The position numbers and the translations under genes are program-made. A stretch of 64,000 nucleotides of DNA from an uncultured Bacteroides sp. (GTDB taxonomy: Bacteria > Bacteroidota > Bacteroidia > Bacteroidales > Bacteroidaceae): NCBI GenBank assembly GCA_958477465.1, contig CAUEFX010000010.1, positions 8,940-72,939 of the forward strand, in the 5' to 3' direction. Below, piece by piece: positions 11,937 to 22,096 of this stretch (its first letter is position 1; each line of letters opens with the position of its first letter). The notes under the pieces are model-generated. The model did not search any database. It saw only the letters and a list, made by a program, of their open reading frames with translations, and was not told the DNA's origin.

Positions 11937-13076
11937 ATGAACGATGTGAATTTAGCTCCTGAAAACAAGGAAGCAACCCCGGAACACGGGTATTTGATGG
12001 CGTATGACAAGAAAGAGCAGAAAGCCAAAGGTGTAAAAGGAATCGCAGCGAACGGAGAGCTGGAAACGCTCGAAGCTAACGAGGCGAACAGGGACCAGTT
12101 TATCAAAGTGGACCAACGTGGAAACTTCTTCACCAACTTCGGGAAGAATTTTCTCTACCAGTACAATAATCCCGGTCGTTACTCCCTCTACAACATGCCG
12201 AAGGAAACGCTCGTAGAGCAGGCCAAAGAAAAGATCGAAGCGGCGCAGGAACCACAGAACGAAGCAGTCAGAAGGGAACTGGCTTCGACCAGGGTGTATA
12301 ATAACCATCGCTTCAACGAGCGGGAAGTGAATTGGGAACAGGCCGCCAAATACGGCATTACCCCGGACGGACTGAAGAACACAAAGGACAGCCTCGAAAG
12401 AATGTTGCAGGGAAAGACTTCCGCTATCGCTTTCCGTGTGGCAAAAAATTCCGAGCTGGGGCGTGAAAACGGGGATGCCAAACTCTCCCTGTTCCGCGAC
12501 GAGAACGGAGCTGTCAAGTTCGACATCCACTACATCCGTCAGGCTCCCAAGATCGGGGAAGACTACAGGGGACATGTCCTGACGGAAGAAGACCTCAAGG
12601 CCCTGAACCAGACCGGCAATCTCGGCAAGGCGGTGGATGTAGTCATTGACTACCGTACCAAAGAAACCAAATCCTGCTACCTTTCCAAAGACCCGGTGAC
12701 CAATGAATTGTTCCATATGCCCGTAGAGCAGGCACGCATTCCGCGTAAGGTGAAAGATTATACGCTTTCTCCGAAAGAATACGATGCTGCCGTGCGCGGT
12801 GAGGAAGTACCGATCCGTTTCAAGTCTGATAATGGAAAATTTTATGCCACCTCCATCCAGATGAGTGCCGCCGAGCGAGGGGTGGAATTCCTCTGGGAAA
12901 GAAGCACCAAGAAGTTGGAAGAGGCACAGAAACAAGGTCAGGAACAAGACGGAAGCCAGCAGCAGCCCCATGCACCGGTACAAGTAGCCGGAAAACCCCG
13001 GAAAAAAGAGGAAGCCTCACAGCAAGCGGAAAAGAAACCGCGTACCCGTAAACCGTCCATCACACCTAAAATGTAA
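11937..13076 (+). CDS. DUF3945/DUF4099-like conjugative-element protein
   Basis: N-terminal KGVKGIAANGELET...FIKVDQRGNFFTNFGKNF and LNQTGNLG motifs resemble this Bacteroides ICE family; basic C-terminal tail. Confidence 0.65.
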   Translation: MNDVNLAPENKEATPEHGYLMAYDKKEQKAKGVKGIAANGELETLEANEANRDQFIKVDQRGNFFTNFGKNFLYQYNNPGRYSLYNMPKETLVEQAKEKIEAAQEPQNEAVRRELASTRVYNNHRFNEREVNWEQAAKYGITPDGLKNTKDSLERMLQGKTSAIAFRVAKNSELGRENGDAKLSLFRDENGAVKFDIHYIRQAPKIGEDYRGHVLTEEDLKALNQTGNLGKAVDVVIDYRTKETKSCYLSKDPVTNELFHMPVEQARIPRKVKDYTLSPKEYDAAVRGEEVPIRFKSDNGKFYATSIQMSAAERGVEFLWERSTKKLEEAQKQGQEQDGSQQQPHAPVQVAGKPRKKEEASQQAEKKPRTRKPSITPKM

Positions 13077-13081
13077 GAAAA

Positions 13082-14506
13082 ATGGCAACCTATATTTCTG
13101 ATGATCCCAAACTATTGGACGAGCTTTTCAGGAAAGACGGTGAAGGCCAGCTCCTTGTCGGTTATGAAACCGGCAAGGAGAAACCCCATGCAGAATCCTC
13201 CTATATGCTTTATCCTGCCAATCCCGACAGGCAAGACCCTGTCTATACGTTTATGGCCTTGTTCAGCCAACAATCGATAAAAGCCAAATACTCCGCCTTC
13301 GTACCGAATACCCGTCTGGAAATCTATTCATTCCCGAAGATGACGGATGTACCGGCTATCTCCGGAGATATTTCCAAAAAGGAATATATCAATCAGGTAT
13401 TACTACCCTATATCCGGGAAAAGGGACTGGCTCCTCTAATAAGTACCAATCTGAGAAATGTCCTGTTTGCGCAGTCACGCAGCGATATCCTCATGATATC
13501 GGGAGAACTTCCGAAACTGACCACACAGCAGTTGGACGAGCTGGTCCATTTTCATCAGAAGCAGGATGAGCTGGCTGCCAGGTATGATTATAATCCGGTT
13601 TACAAATTACCGCTGCATGCTGTGGAAACGTCCAAAGGAATCTTGTTTTTCAGTGATACCAAAATGGGACGGGAGGGATTGAAGAGCTTTTACCAACAGT
13701 TATCCGGCAATTATTTCTGGGTTCATGGCGAACTCGGTCCTGTCAGGCAATACAACGTCAACTGCCTGTCCGACGATATCTGTCCTTTGGTGGATGCCTG
13801 CTACCGGAAGAATCCCCAAAGCGGAAAAGGGGAATATGATTTTGATAATGCTGTATTCTCAAAAGAGGCTTTCCGTGACAGGAAACAGTGGAAACTGGCG
13901 TTTGAAACGGACATGGAGCCGAGCGCTTCTGAATTTCTCCGCCTGAATGAATTTGCCGGATGTCCTGCGAGCCGTAACAATGCGGATATCAGCAAACTGT
14001 TGTATCTGATGGAGAACGGATTCAAGCGGGATATAATAAATGATCCCGATTTCGGATACCGGAATGTCTTTCAGGAGTATGTCACCCGGATAGACGACTG
14101 TATCAACGGACAGTCCTCGGGGCCAGATTTGTCAGATGTGCTGGATGACATGCGTTGGAAAGCGAAGAATATCCTTCTGACGGATTTCGATGTCCGTGGA
14201 CACCGTACATTGGAAAGGACACTGAATGACAGGAGCGTCCCGTTTCTCATCAATGGAACCGATGCCGGCGAAGCCATGAGGCAAGCCTTGCTGGAAGGAA
14301 AGTGGATCTACTGTCCCCAAATATCCAAGTCAATGCCAGATTTACATTTCCTCCATGCCGAAAAGACATGCAACCGGGTAATGGCATATACCAAATCTCC
14401 CGTAAACAAGACCGTGTATCAGGAGAAAAACGGCAAAATCATTCCATATGTACCGGCTTTGAAAAAGGTATCGAAAACGAAAAGGAACAATTCCCTCAAA
14501 ATGTAA
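13082..14506 (+). CDS. Hypothetical protein, paralogue family member 1
   Basis: 474 aa; AVETSKGILFF and ILLTDFDVRGHRTL motifs shared with neighbours. Confidence 0.8.
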   Translation: MATYISDDPKLLDELFRKDGEGQLLVGYETGKEKPHAESSYMLYPANPDRQDPVYTFMALFSQQSIKAKYSAFVPNTRLEIYSFPKMTDVPAISGDISKKEYINQVLLPYIREKGLAPLISTNLRNVLFAQSRSDILMISGELPKLTTQQLDELVHFHQKQDELAARYDYNPVYKLPLHAVETSKGILFFSDTKMGREGLKSFYQQLSGNYFWVHGELGPVRQYNVNCLSDDICPLVDACYRKNPQSGKGEYDFDNAVFSKEAFRDRKQWKLAFETDMEPSASEFLRLNEFAGCPASRNNADISKLLYLMENGFKRDIINDPDFGYRNVFQEYVTRIDDCINGQSSGPDLSDVLDDMRWKAKNILLTDFDVRGHRTLERTLNDRSVPFLINGTDAGEAMRQALLEGKWIYCPQISKSMPDLHFLHAEKTCNRVMAYTKSPVNKTVYQEKNGKIIPYVPALKKVSKTKRNNSLKM

Positions 14507-14510
14507 TGAT

Positions 14511-15326
14511 ATGAAGCAACCTGAACAATCCTATACAGCCATAGAGACAGCCCATGGCTTTGTGTTCTTTACTGATACGACGGAAGGACAGAAAAACAGG
14601 CAGGACTTTCTGCAATTTATGGCAGACCATTACTTCGATCCCCATTTCAATCTTGGTCCGGTAAATGTTTACCGGGCAGAAGGAGTCCTAAAGGATGGAT
14701 CCTATGTCAATCCGGGTGAAGGCCTGTACCCGGAATATGCTTACCTGCAGATGGATAAGACACCGGAAATGGAGCTGGTCTACCGGAATGAGATGAAGCC
14801 GACCTGGGAGGATTTCGGTAGTTTCTGCCACAATATGCATTGTACCAGCAGCCATCGCAACCGTAATATCGCTGATATTTTGGAGGAAATAGAAAGCAAG
14901 GACCGTAAATTACTGGAGCTTTCCAAACAAGGTACAGCATCGGATATCCGGCAGCAGATAGAAGAAACCGGCCAGGATAAAGCCTTGCTGGACAAACTCC
15001 TCAAGCAGTATTACGATGTGCGTGGACACCGGACTGTTGGGAACATCCTCCGCGACCCGATGGAATGTGTCACCGTAGACGGTGTCCGGCTCTTTACCCC
15101 TCACCGGCAAGTATTGGCGGCAGGGCACGGACTCTTCCTGCCGGGAGAGGCAAAAAGCAACCCGTCCCATGCCTATGCATGGATAAACGGGGATTTCACC
15201 CGGATCGTATTTTCTAAGGATCCTCCTGCGAACAAACAGGTGTTCAAAGTGAAAACAGTCATCGAAAAGGCTTTGAATAAAAAGCAGGACGTGAAAAAGA
15301 AAAGAAATACCCACCCTAAATTGTAG
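14511..15326 (+). CDS. Hypothetical protein, paralogue family member 2
   Basis: 271 aa; AIETAHGFVFF...ADHYFDP and YYDVRGHRTV. Confidence 0.8.
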   Translation: MKQPEQSYTAIETAHGFVFFTDTTEGQKNRQDFLQFMADHYFDPHFNLGPVNVYRAEGVLKDGSYVNPGEGLYPEYAYLQMDKTPEMELVYRNEMKPTWEDFGSFCHNMHCTSSHRNRNIADILEEIESKDRKLLELSKQGTASDIRQQIEETGQDKALLDKLLKQYYDVRGHRTVGNILRDPMECVTVDGVRLFTPHRQVLAAGHGLFLPGEAKSNPSHAYAWINGDFTRIVFSKDPPANKQVFKVKTVIEKALNKKQDVKKKRNTHPKL

Positions 15327-15330
15327 AAAT

Positions 15331-16779
15331 ATGGACAAGAGAAACCAAATGGAAAATCCTTTTTTCGATCCCGACAAGCCGGGAAGTATTTTTGTCGGTA
15401 TGGACCGTTACCATCAGTACTCTCCCCACCAGCCCCGAAATGCCCTCACATTCATTCAGAAAGGAGATGCGGACAGCCTGTTCCGCAAATTCCTGATTGA
15501 CAATATCAAGGAAGCGGAGTGCTGCCCCTATATTCCGGATACGGAACTGCTCCGGTTTGACCTGGCGAACATGAGGCAGGTTCCACCGGTAGATACCCAT
15601 ACCCCTTTCGAGGAATATATCAGCAAGGAACTGCTGCCGTATTTTCAAGAACACTGCATTCCCCCTGCCAAACGCATTTCCCTGCGTGATGCGGTCTATA
15701 CCTATAAATACAAGAATGAACCGGACGGCGGCATATTGAAGAAGTATCTCATGCAGGAACCCGCATACTTGGAGTTTCGATTACAGCAACAGGAAAAAAG
15801 GACATTGTACCGGTGCCAGCCGCGGTACACATTCCCCTTAAAAGTGGTGGAGAATGACTTCGGATACCTTATCTTTTCCGGTAACGAGATCGGCAGGAAC
15901 GGATTCAGGGAGTGCATCCGGTACATCACGGACCATTACTTCGACCCGCACTACGATACCGGCCATCTGGCCGTCTACGACAGTACGTTCATGGACAAGA
16001 ACCTGGTTCCTCTCATAGATGCCGCTTACAAGCCGTGCAAACCGATGGAACTGGATTATTCCTTCGATTTTTATCCGGCATCCTATATCGGTCTTGACGA
16101 ACTGCCCAAAGAATTCATCGACAGTTTAAAACCGGTATGCTACCATTCGATGGAAGCGACAGCCGGGGATTTTATAAAATTCGCCACCGACTGGCATTTC
16201 AATAAGGATACGCAGGTTTCCATCAGCCGGGAGAACCATGACATTTACCGGCTGCTGACCGTCATGCGTAACGGTTATATGAATATTCATGAACAACCGT
16301 TTACCTATTTCAATGAACTGCTGCCGTATGCCAAGGAATTTGAAAAAGTCACGCAGGTTAAATCTGCCGGCGAATTCGATACGGGAAAGTTCAAGCGGTT
16401 GTCTACGGAAATCCGGAAGGCTGCCGATGGAATTTTGAAAAGGGATTTCGATGTGAGAGGGCACCGTTCCCTTGAGAATATGTTGAATGACTCCACCGTT
16501 ACCTTCACCGTCGGAAGCCGAAAACTGAATGAAGTTCAAAAGACGGCACTGGCTTCGGGATACGCACTGTATCTCCCGGAAAACAACAAGGAGGCGACAA
16601 GGCATCTCCTTTTTTGCAAGGCCGACTTTGAGCAGGGCAGAATTGAGGGTTCCTCCAAGCCCTTCGGCGTCAGGACATACGTGATAAAGGACGGACTGCT
16701 CTGTCCGCTGCCGGAAGAGAAGAATACCGTTAAAAAGACTGAGAATAAGAACAGACATAACAATAACCGTTTAAAATAA
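15331..16779 (+). CDS. Hypothetical protein, paralogue family member 3
   Basis: 482 aa; VVENDFGYLIF...TDHYFDP and ILKRDFDVRGHRSL. Confidence 0.8.
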   Translation: MDKRNQMENPFFDPDKPGSIFVGMDRYHQYSPHQPRNALTFIQKGDADSLFRKFLIDNIKEAECCPYIPDTELLRFDLANMRQVPPVDTHTPFEEYISKELLPYFQEHCIPPAKRISLRDAVYTYKYKNEPDGGILKKYLMQEPAYLEFRLQQQEKRTLYRCQPRYTFPLKVVENDFGYLIFSGNEIGRNGFRECIRYITDHYFDPHYDTGHLAVYDSTFMDKNLVPLIDAAYKPCKPMELDYSFDFYPASYIGLDELPKEFIDSLKPVCYHSMEATAGDFIKFATDWHFNKDTQVSISRENHDIYRLLTVMRNGYMNIHEQPFTYFNELLPYAKEFEKVTQVKSAGEFDTGKFKRLSTEIRKAADGILKRDFDVRGHRSLENMLNDSTVTFTVGSRKLNEVQKTALASGYALYLPENNKEATRHLLFCKADFEQGRIEGSSKPFGVRTYVIKDGLLCPLPEEKNTVKKTENKNRHNNNRLK

Positions 16780-16785
16780 AGCGAT

Positions 16786-17097
16786 ATGATACCTAAAAGT
16801 CAGATGTACCTCGGAGCGCGGATTGTAGAGAACGATCCGGAAGAGGAAACTCCCGTTGTTCCCTATAAAGGAACAGTAACAGCCATTGAAGAAACCGGAA
16901 AAGGGGAACTGGATTACTTTGTCTATATCCGGCTGGATGATGAGTCCATGAAACAAAAAAGAATCTCCCTTTGCTGCCCGGACAAGATCATGACCTGTTT
17001 TCAATGGACTATAGACCTGGAAGAAAAACAGAAAATGGAGCAGAAAATGAAGAATAAAAAAGTTCCCGACCCGTCGAAACGGCATAGACTATCTTAA
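16786..17097 (+). CDS. Small hypothetical protein
   Basis: 103 aa, tightly packed in the operon, basic C-terminus. Confidence 0.65.
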   Translation: MIPKSQMYLGARIVENDPEEETPVVPYKGTVTAIEETGKGELDYFVYIRLDDESMKQKRISLCCPDKIMTCFQWTIDLEEKQKMEQKMKNKKVPDPSKRHRLS

Positions 17098-17126
17098 TCA
17101 ACCATTCATCTAAACCATAAAATAAT

Positions 17127-18197
17127 ATGAGTACATACATTGGTTTCAATTTGAACAGCAACAGGCAGATTGAACATTTCCAGACCATAGAGAATCGTTA
17201 TGGCATCAATTCAGATGGCGGCAAATTTCTTTTCGGGCAGGCAGAACTGGCCTTGAAAGGCTCCTACATTCCTAAGGAAGAAGTCTATTTAATACCATAT
17301 CAGGGTGCTGTACAACCGGGGAACATTGAAAGGTTCATCAAGGACATGACCCATAACGGAGGACTGTCTTGTGCAACTCATTTCCCATTGCGGGATATCG
17401 CCTTCGTTTACGAGAATACATCTCCTTATGGCATCCATAATGTGGATAGCATCCAGAGAATGCTTCAAAAGGCCAAAGACAATCCCCTGCTGAAAAAACA
17501 ACTGAACGCTTACCGCGCATTCCATCAAGAAAAGGAAAAAGATATCTACAACAGGGTGATTACTGCAATAAATACGAACCAGGGAGTCCTGATGTTCAAT
17601 GATACCGGCAGGGGGATACAGTGTGCGCAGAAATACCTGCAGCATATTGGCGATAATTTCTTCTCGCCGGTTTACAGGGATGCGGATAAACTGCAAATAT
17701 ATTATTTCAGCACTTCCAATATCAATCTGATCAAAGAGGCGTCAAAGTGTTCGAACATGTTTGAACATGGCTTAAAAAAGATATACCTTCCCCAAAAGGC
17801 TCATTTCCTGGATTCAAATATGATAGCCAACTATACCCCGGCGGTAGAATGCAGCATGGCTCCCTCTTTGGAATGTTATAACCAACTGGCCGAAAAGTTG
17901 AATCTGGGCAAGAGCCAGAAGAATTATAACATAGGCGTACTCGACCGGATCTGCAAGACCGGGCAAATCGGGAATTTGGAAAAAGACAGCCGGTTCAACC
18001 ATCAAAACAGCTTTGTCTCCCTGGATGAACGGATCAGGCTGTCTTATGTGGGGAAGCAGGATGGCACACTGCTGAAAAATGCACTTGAACGGACCATCAA
18101 GGATACGGCAAAGAGAATCCTACAGACGGACTATGCGGTACGGGGCTATGAACCGCCCAAACAGGAAAAGAAAAAGAGTAGAAGTATCACCATGTAA
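17127..18197 (+). CDS. Hypothetical protein, paralogue family member 4
   Basis: 356 aa; AINTNQGVLMF...YLQHIGDNFFSP and ILQTDYAVRGY. Confidence 0.8.
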   Translation: MSTYIGFNLNSNRQIEHFQTIENRYGINSDGGKFLFGQAELALKGSYIPKEEVYLIPYQGAVQPGNIERFIKDMTHNGGLSCATHFPLRDIAFVYENTSPYGIHNVDSIQRMLQKAKDNPLLKKQLNAYRAFHQEKEKDIYNRVITAINTNQGVLMFNDTGRGIQCAQKYLQHIGDNFFSPVYRDADKLQIYYFSTSNINLIKEASKCSNMFEHGLKKIYLPQKAHFLDSNMIANYTPAVECSMAPSLECYNQLAEKLNLGKSQKNYNIGVLDRICKTGQIGNLEKDSRFNHQNSFVSLDERIRLSYVGKQDGTLLKNALERTIKDTAKRILQTDYAVRGYEPPKQEKKKSRSITM

Positions 18198-18217
18198 CTA
18201 TTTTAAATTTCAATCGT

Positions 18218-19984
18218 ATGCAAAAGCAAGAGATTTCAAACATTATGATTTTCTTTGTTACCCAGGACTTGGAAGGGCAACCCCGACAACTGGAGATGCA
18301 CCTGATGCCGGAGAAAGAAGTATCGATGATGAATCAACGATTCACCGAATACCTCCAGCGGCAAAGGGAAATGTACAAGCCGTCCCTTGTCCAAAGCCAC
18401 TTGCCGGATCTTTATCTGTGCCGCTACCAGTTTCCGGCAGGAGTAAGCTACCCGGATATCCGGCTCTTTGACAAGGATAACAGCTTGGTACAAAAATTCA
18501 TCACCCGGAACGGAGGAAGCATGCAGGGCAATGTCTCATTGCGCGGACTGGAATACCTGCATTCTCACGATGAAGAAAAAAGCCTGCCCATGCTGGTAGC
18601 CAGCGGACTTGCCGACCACCTGCTTGTACAGCCGGAAGCCAAACGGTTCGCGCTGGCACAGGATACTCTCCACGACGATCCGTCGGAAACCCTGACCGCC
18701 GTGGAAACCGCCAAAGGAGTGCTTCTGTTCGAATATTCCGGCTTTGGAAAGACATGCTGCCATGCCTATATGCAACATCTGGCCGACCGTTTCTTCATTA
18801 CGGACGAAGAGAAACCGGAGTTTGTCAACCTGTACAAGCTGACCCGTCCGGACGCAGAAGTGGTAAAGGCATTCCAAGCATCTCCCAATGCCTTCTCCTT
18901 ATATACAAACTCTTTTCTGCCGGAGAAAGCACAATATCTGGATGCGACTATCCTGCGGAATGCCCGGCTGGACAGGAGCCACCGCATAGAACCGACATTC
19001 GATGCCTATGACAAGTTTGCTTCCTCCTATAACGTGCTCCCCAGTATTGCCAATGCCCAGATACTCCGGTTACTATCCTTACAGGAAACCGCAGGAATCT
19101 ATGGGATAGACTATACAACCAGAAGGATTCCGTTCATACACAAGAATTCTTTCAACTCCCAGTTCAATGCGCTGCAGAATATTCCGGCTGAAAATAAAGG
19201 CGGACAGGAGAAGGTCAAATCACAGATCCGGGATCAGGCGGCCTATATCCTGAAACGTGATTACGGGCTTATCCCGGACAGCCTGCAAAACAAAGAGATA
19301 GACCCCATCATTTCCCTCCAGACTCCCAAAGGAGCCGTCTACCTGCCCGCCACGGATGAAGGAGCCATCTATAAACAGTGTTACCTGCAATATCTGGCTG
19401 ACCGTTTCTTCACTCCGGAAGTACAGGCTCTGGGACGAATCAGAGAATTCTATATTTCCTGCCCGAACCATAGCACGGAGCATTACATGCAGAAGCATCT
19501 GGACCTTTTCCGGTCCAATCCTTTCTACGGGCAGCTGGCGAAAATGCCATTGTATCCGATAGAGCAATCCGAGCTGTTGAAGAAAGGCGGCTATCCCATA
19601 GAGCCGACATACCATGCATTCAAACAGTTTACGGAAGATTACCGGCTTTCGGTAACGCCGGAGAATGCCGAGATATTCACCCTGCTCTTTATACGGGAAT
19701 ACGGATTACCGGCTGATTTCAATACTAATGAAAGCTATAAGGAGTTCACCCACAAAGGAAATTTTAAACCGCTGGATCAAGAAATGTCCGAACTGCAATC
19801 CAAAAAGGGATATAGTGAAAAGGCATTCTACAATATTCAAAACAGGCAGCAGCAACTCGCGGACAAGATACTTGGCCTGAGATACAGACTGACCTGTCCT
19901 CCGTTGCAACTGACCGGACCGGCGGCTTCGGAAAAGAGAAAGACGGCTTCCCGTCAGAACAAGTCACATAATCCCCGCATCTAA
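18218..19984 (+). CDS. Hypothetical protein, paralogue family member 5 (two copies of the shared domain)
   Basis: 588 aa; AVETAKGVLLF...YMQHLADRFF and SLQTPKGAVYL...YLQYLADRFF; ILKRDYG. Confidence 0.8.
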   Translation: MQKQEISNIMIFFVTQDLEGQPRQLEMHLMPEKEVSMMNQRFTEYLQRQREMYKPSLVQSHLPDLYLCRYQFPAGVSYPDIRLFDKDNSLVQKFITRNGGSMQGNVSLRGLEYLHSHDEEKSLPMLVASGLADHLLVQPEAKRFALAQDTLHDDPSETLTAVETAKGVLLFEYSGFGKTCCHAYMQHLADRFFITDEEKPEFVNLYKLTRPDAEVVKAFQASPNAFSLYTNSFLPEKAQYLDATILRNARLDRSHRIEPTFDAYDKFASSYNVLPSIANAQILRLLSLQETAGIYGIDYTTRRIPFIHKNSFNSQFNALQNIPAENKGGQEKVKSQIRDQAAYILKRDYGLIPDSLQNKEIDPIISLQTPKGAVYLPATDEGAIYKQCYLQYLADRFFTPEVQALGRIREFYISCPNHSTEHYMQKHLDLFRSNPFYGQLAKMPLYPIEQSELLKKGGYPIEPTYHAFKQFTEDYRLSVTPENAEIFTLLFIREYGLPADFNTNESYKEFTHKGNFKPLDQEMSELQSKKGYSEKAFYNIQNRQQQLADKILGLRYRLTCPPLQLTGPAASEKRKTASRQNKSHNPRI

Positions 19985-19995
19985 AACTGATTATC

Positions 19996-21198
19996 ATGCC
20001 TGCATGGATGGAAAAAATAAAAGATACATTCACCGCTAAAGCGGATTTAAAGAGCCTGTTTATTGTGTTACAGCCGGATAATCAAGTCTCGACTGTCATG
20101 GTCGTGTCGTATGTTCCGACGGATAAGGACTCTTTTCAGGTATTTATGGATCTGACCGCCCGGATTGCTATGGATCAGAAAACCATACCGGATAACTTAT
20201 TGCTGCATTTTGAGGGAATACCTGCTAAAGATATTCCTTTCACCAGCGAACTACCGGCGAAAGACAGTGAGAAAGCCCTCAGTTTCATCGCCTCTTACGG
20301 AGGCATCACTGAAAACAACTCCGTACCTTTACGGAAAGCGGCTTATTTGAGAGCATGCCAAAGGGAACTAACGGCAGAGAATATCCGGGATCTGGACTAC
20401 TCACCAGCTTATAAGTGCTTTATTGCACACGAAGATGCGATGGAGAAGATTGCGGCAGGAAAGCAAGCCAAACAGTTCTACACCATAGCTGAAACGGAAC
20501 AAGGTGTCCGCGTATTCAATGACGGACTTTCCGGGACTATAAAGTTTCGGGATTACCTGCAATCGACAGCGGACAATTTCTACTCAAGCTCTTTGCAGGA
20601 TGTGGAGTCATTGAATATTTACCGGATAGAAACCGTCTCCCGCCGGATGCTGGAACTCTCCAACGGGAATCAGACCACCATGCCGCAGGCCGGGATGGAA
20701 ATTCTGGCGAATTACAAGCCGTCCGTCACTTTCGACATGCATCCTACGGGAGAAAATCTCAACCGGTTTGTCACAGCCGGCGCATTGGAACTCTCTATCC
20801 GTAACCGGAACATTATGACACTTCAGGACATAGCAGCCAGAGGATACGCCCATTTACCGGCAGACGAATCGTTTGCCTATAAAAAGGATTTCTTGTTTGT
20901 GGAGAAAGGTATCCGTGAGATTACCCGGCAAAAGGAATTGTACCGGGATTATCTTTTCCGGCAGAAGATGGATGAATTACAAAATGCTGCCAGGTCATTG
21001 GCGCAAACACTGTTAAACAGGGATGGAGTCCGGAAGAACTATCATCGGGTAAGCCCGCCTGTTGTTGTTTCTAAGAAAGGAGAAGCTCAAACAGCCGAAA
21101 AACCGCAAGACAAGCCCGGACTGTCCTGTGGCAATGAAAAGAAAAAGGTCAAGACAAAAACCGCTTCCGTTAAAAAGCAGGCGAAGCCCAAATTATAA
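19996..21198 (+). CDS. Hypothetical protein, paralogue family member 6
   Basis: 400 aa; IAETEQGVRVF...YLQSTADNFY and LLNRDGVR. Confidence 0.78.
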   Translation: MPAWMEKIKDTFTAKADLKSLFIVLQPDNQVSTVMVVSYVPTDKDSFQVFMDLTARIAMDQKTIPDNLLLHFEGIPAKDIPFTSELPAKDSEKALSFIASYGGITENNSVPLRKAAYLRACQRELTAENIRDLDYSPAYKCFIAHEDAMEKIAAGKQAKQFYTIAETEQGVRVFNDGLSGTIKFRDYLQSTADNFYSSSLQDVESLNIYRIETVSRRMLELSNGNQTTMPQAGMEILANYKPSVTFDMHPTGENLNRFVTAGALELSIRNRNIMTLQDIAARGYAHLPADESFAYKKDFLFVEKGIREITRQKELYRDYLFRQKMDELQNAARSLAQTLLNRDGVRKNYHRVSPPVVVSKKGEAQTAEKPQDKPGLSCGNEKKKVKTKTASVKKQAKPKL

Positions 21199-22070
21199 TG
21201 CATATGGAACTGATAAATAATACATTCATTCCCGAAAAAGAGATACCACGTAGCCGCAGGGCTGCCGGAAGGAAAGCATTCCTGCAAACTTTCAGAAACC
21301 TGTTTACCAGCCGGAATCATTTCAGGAGATTCATGGATACTTACCGTTTCAACACGATCCGCTGGAGCGCGTCCAACCTCCACGAACCCTCATGGGGAAA
21401 ACGGATCGGATTATTCTTTCGTACCAAAAATCCAATCGCTATCCTCCGGGATGATTACCGGAGCAATCGCAGTAATCTGTTGAATAAATGGGAAACGTCC
21501 AGCCTGAACCGTATCCAGATGGAACTGGTCCGAATGGGTAGTATGCCTATTCAGAATAAGGACAGACATACTTTCAAAGCTCTGAACAGCATTGAAAAGA
21601 AAATCAAACAACTGCAGGAATATGAAGGATGTCCCGATATGAGCCATGAAAAGCAGCTTCTGGCAACATACAAGTACATTCTTTCTTCTCCTTTTGACCG
21701 GAAGTTCGGAGGATTGCCACCCGATGAGATTTGTGGGATGCTTCAGCAGAACGGACTGTCTGAATCAAACCTTCCTTACCAAAATTACGAAGGAATCCTC
21801 CAGGGCCGTGAAACAGTCATGTACGAACTGGCAACCGGAAAGAACGGGGAGAAATACCTCCAACCGGCAGATCAGGTGAAACTGAATGCGGGAATGTCAG
21901 GAATCTCAATGGATTTAATCAGCCGTTTTCCGGCAAAGGAAATACCCCTGCCGAATCTGACGGAAAGCATACAAGTATCGGAAAAGAAAGAGAAGCTCTC
22001 CATTCCCAAAGAACCGAAGAAAAGGGTACGGAAAGAAAAATCAAAGGTCAAGAGTGTAAAAATTAAATAG
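21198..22070 (+). CDS. Hypothetical protein
   Basis: 290 aa, TAATG coupling to upstream gene, lysine-rich C-terminus. Confidence 0.7.
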   Translation: MHMELINNTFIPEKEIPRSRRAAGRKAFLQTFRNLFTSRNHFRRFMDTYRFNTIRWSASNLHEPSWGKRIGLFFRTKNPIAILRDDYRSNRSNLLNKWETSSLNRIQMELVRMGSMPIQNKDRHTFKALNSIEKKIKQLQEYEGCPDMSHEKQLLATYKYILSSPFDRKFGGLPPDEICGMLQQNGLSESNLPYQNYEGILQGRETVMYELATGKNGEKYLQPADQVKLNAGMSGISMDLISRFPAKEIPLPNLTESIQVSEKKEKLSIPKEPKKRVRKEKSKVKSVKIK

Positions 22071-22096
22071 TCATTCATATTAAAAAAGAAAGTAAC

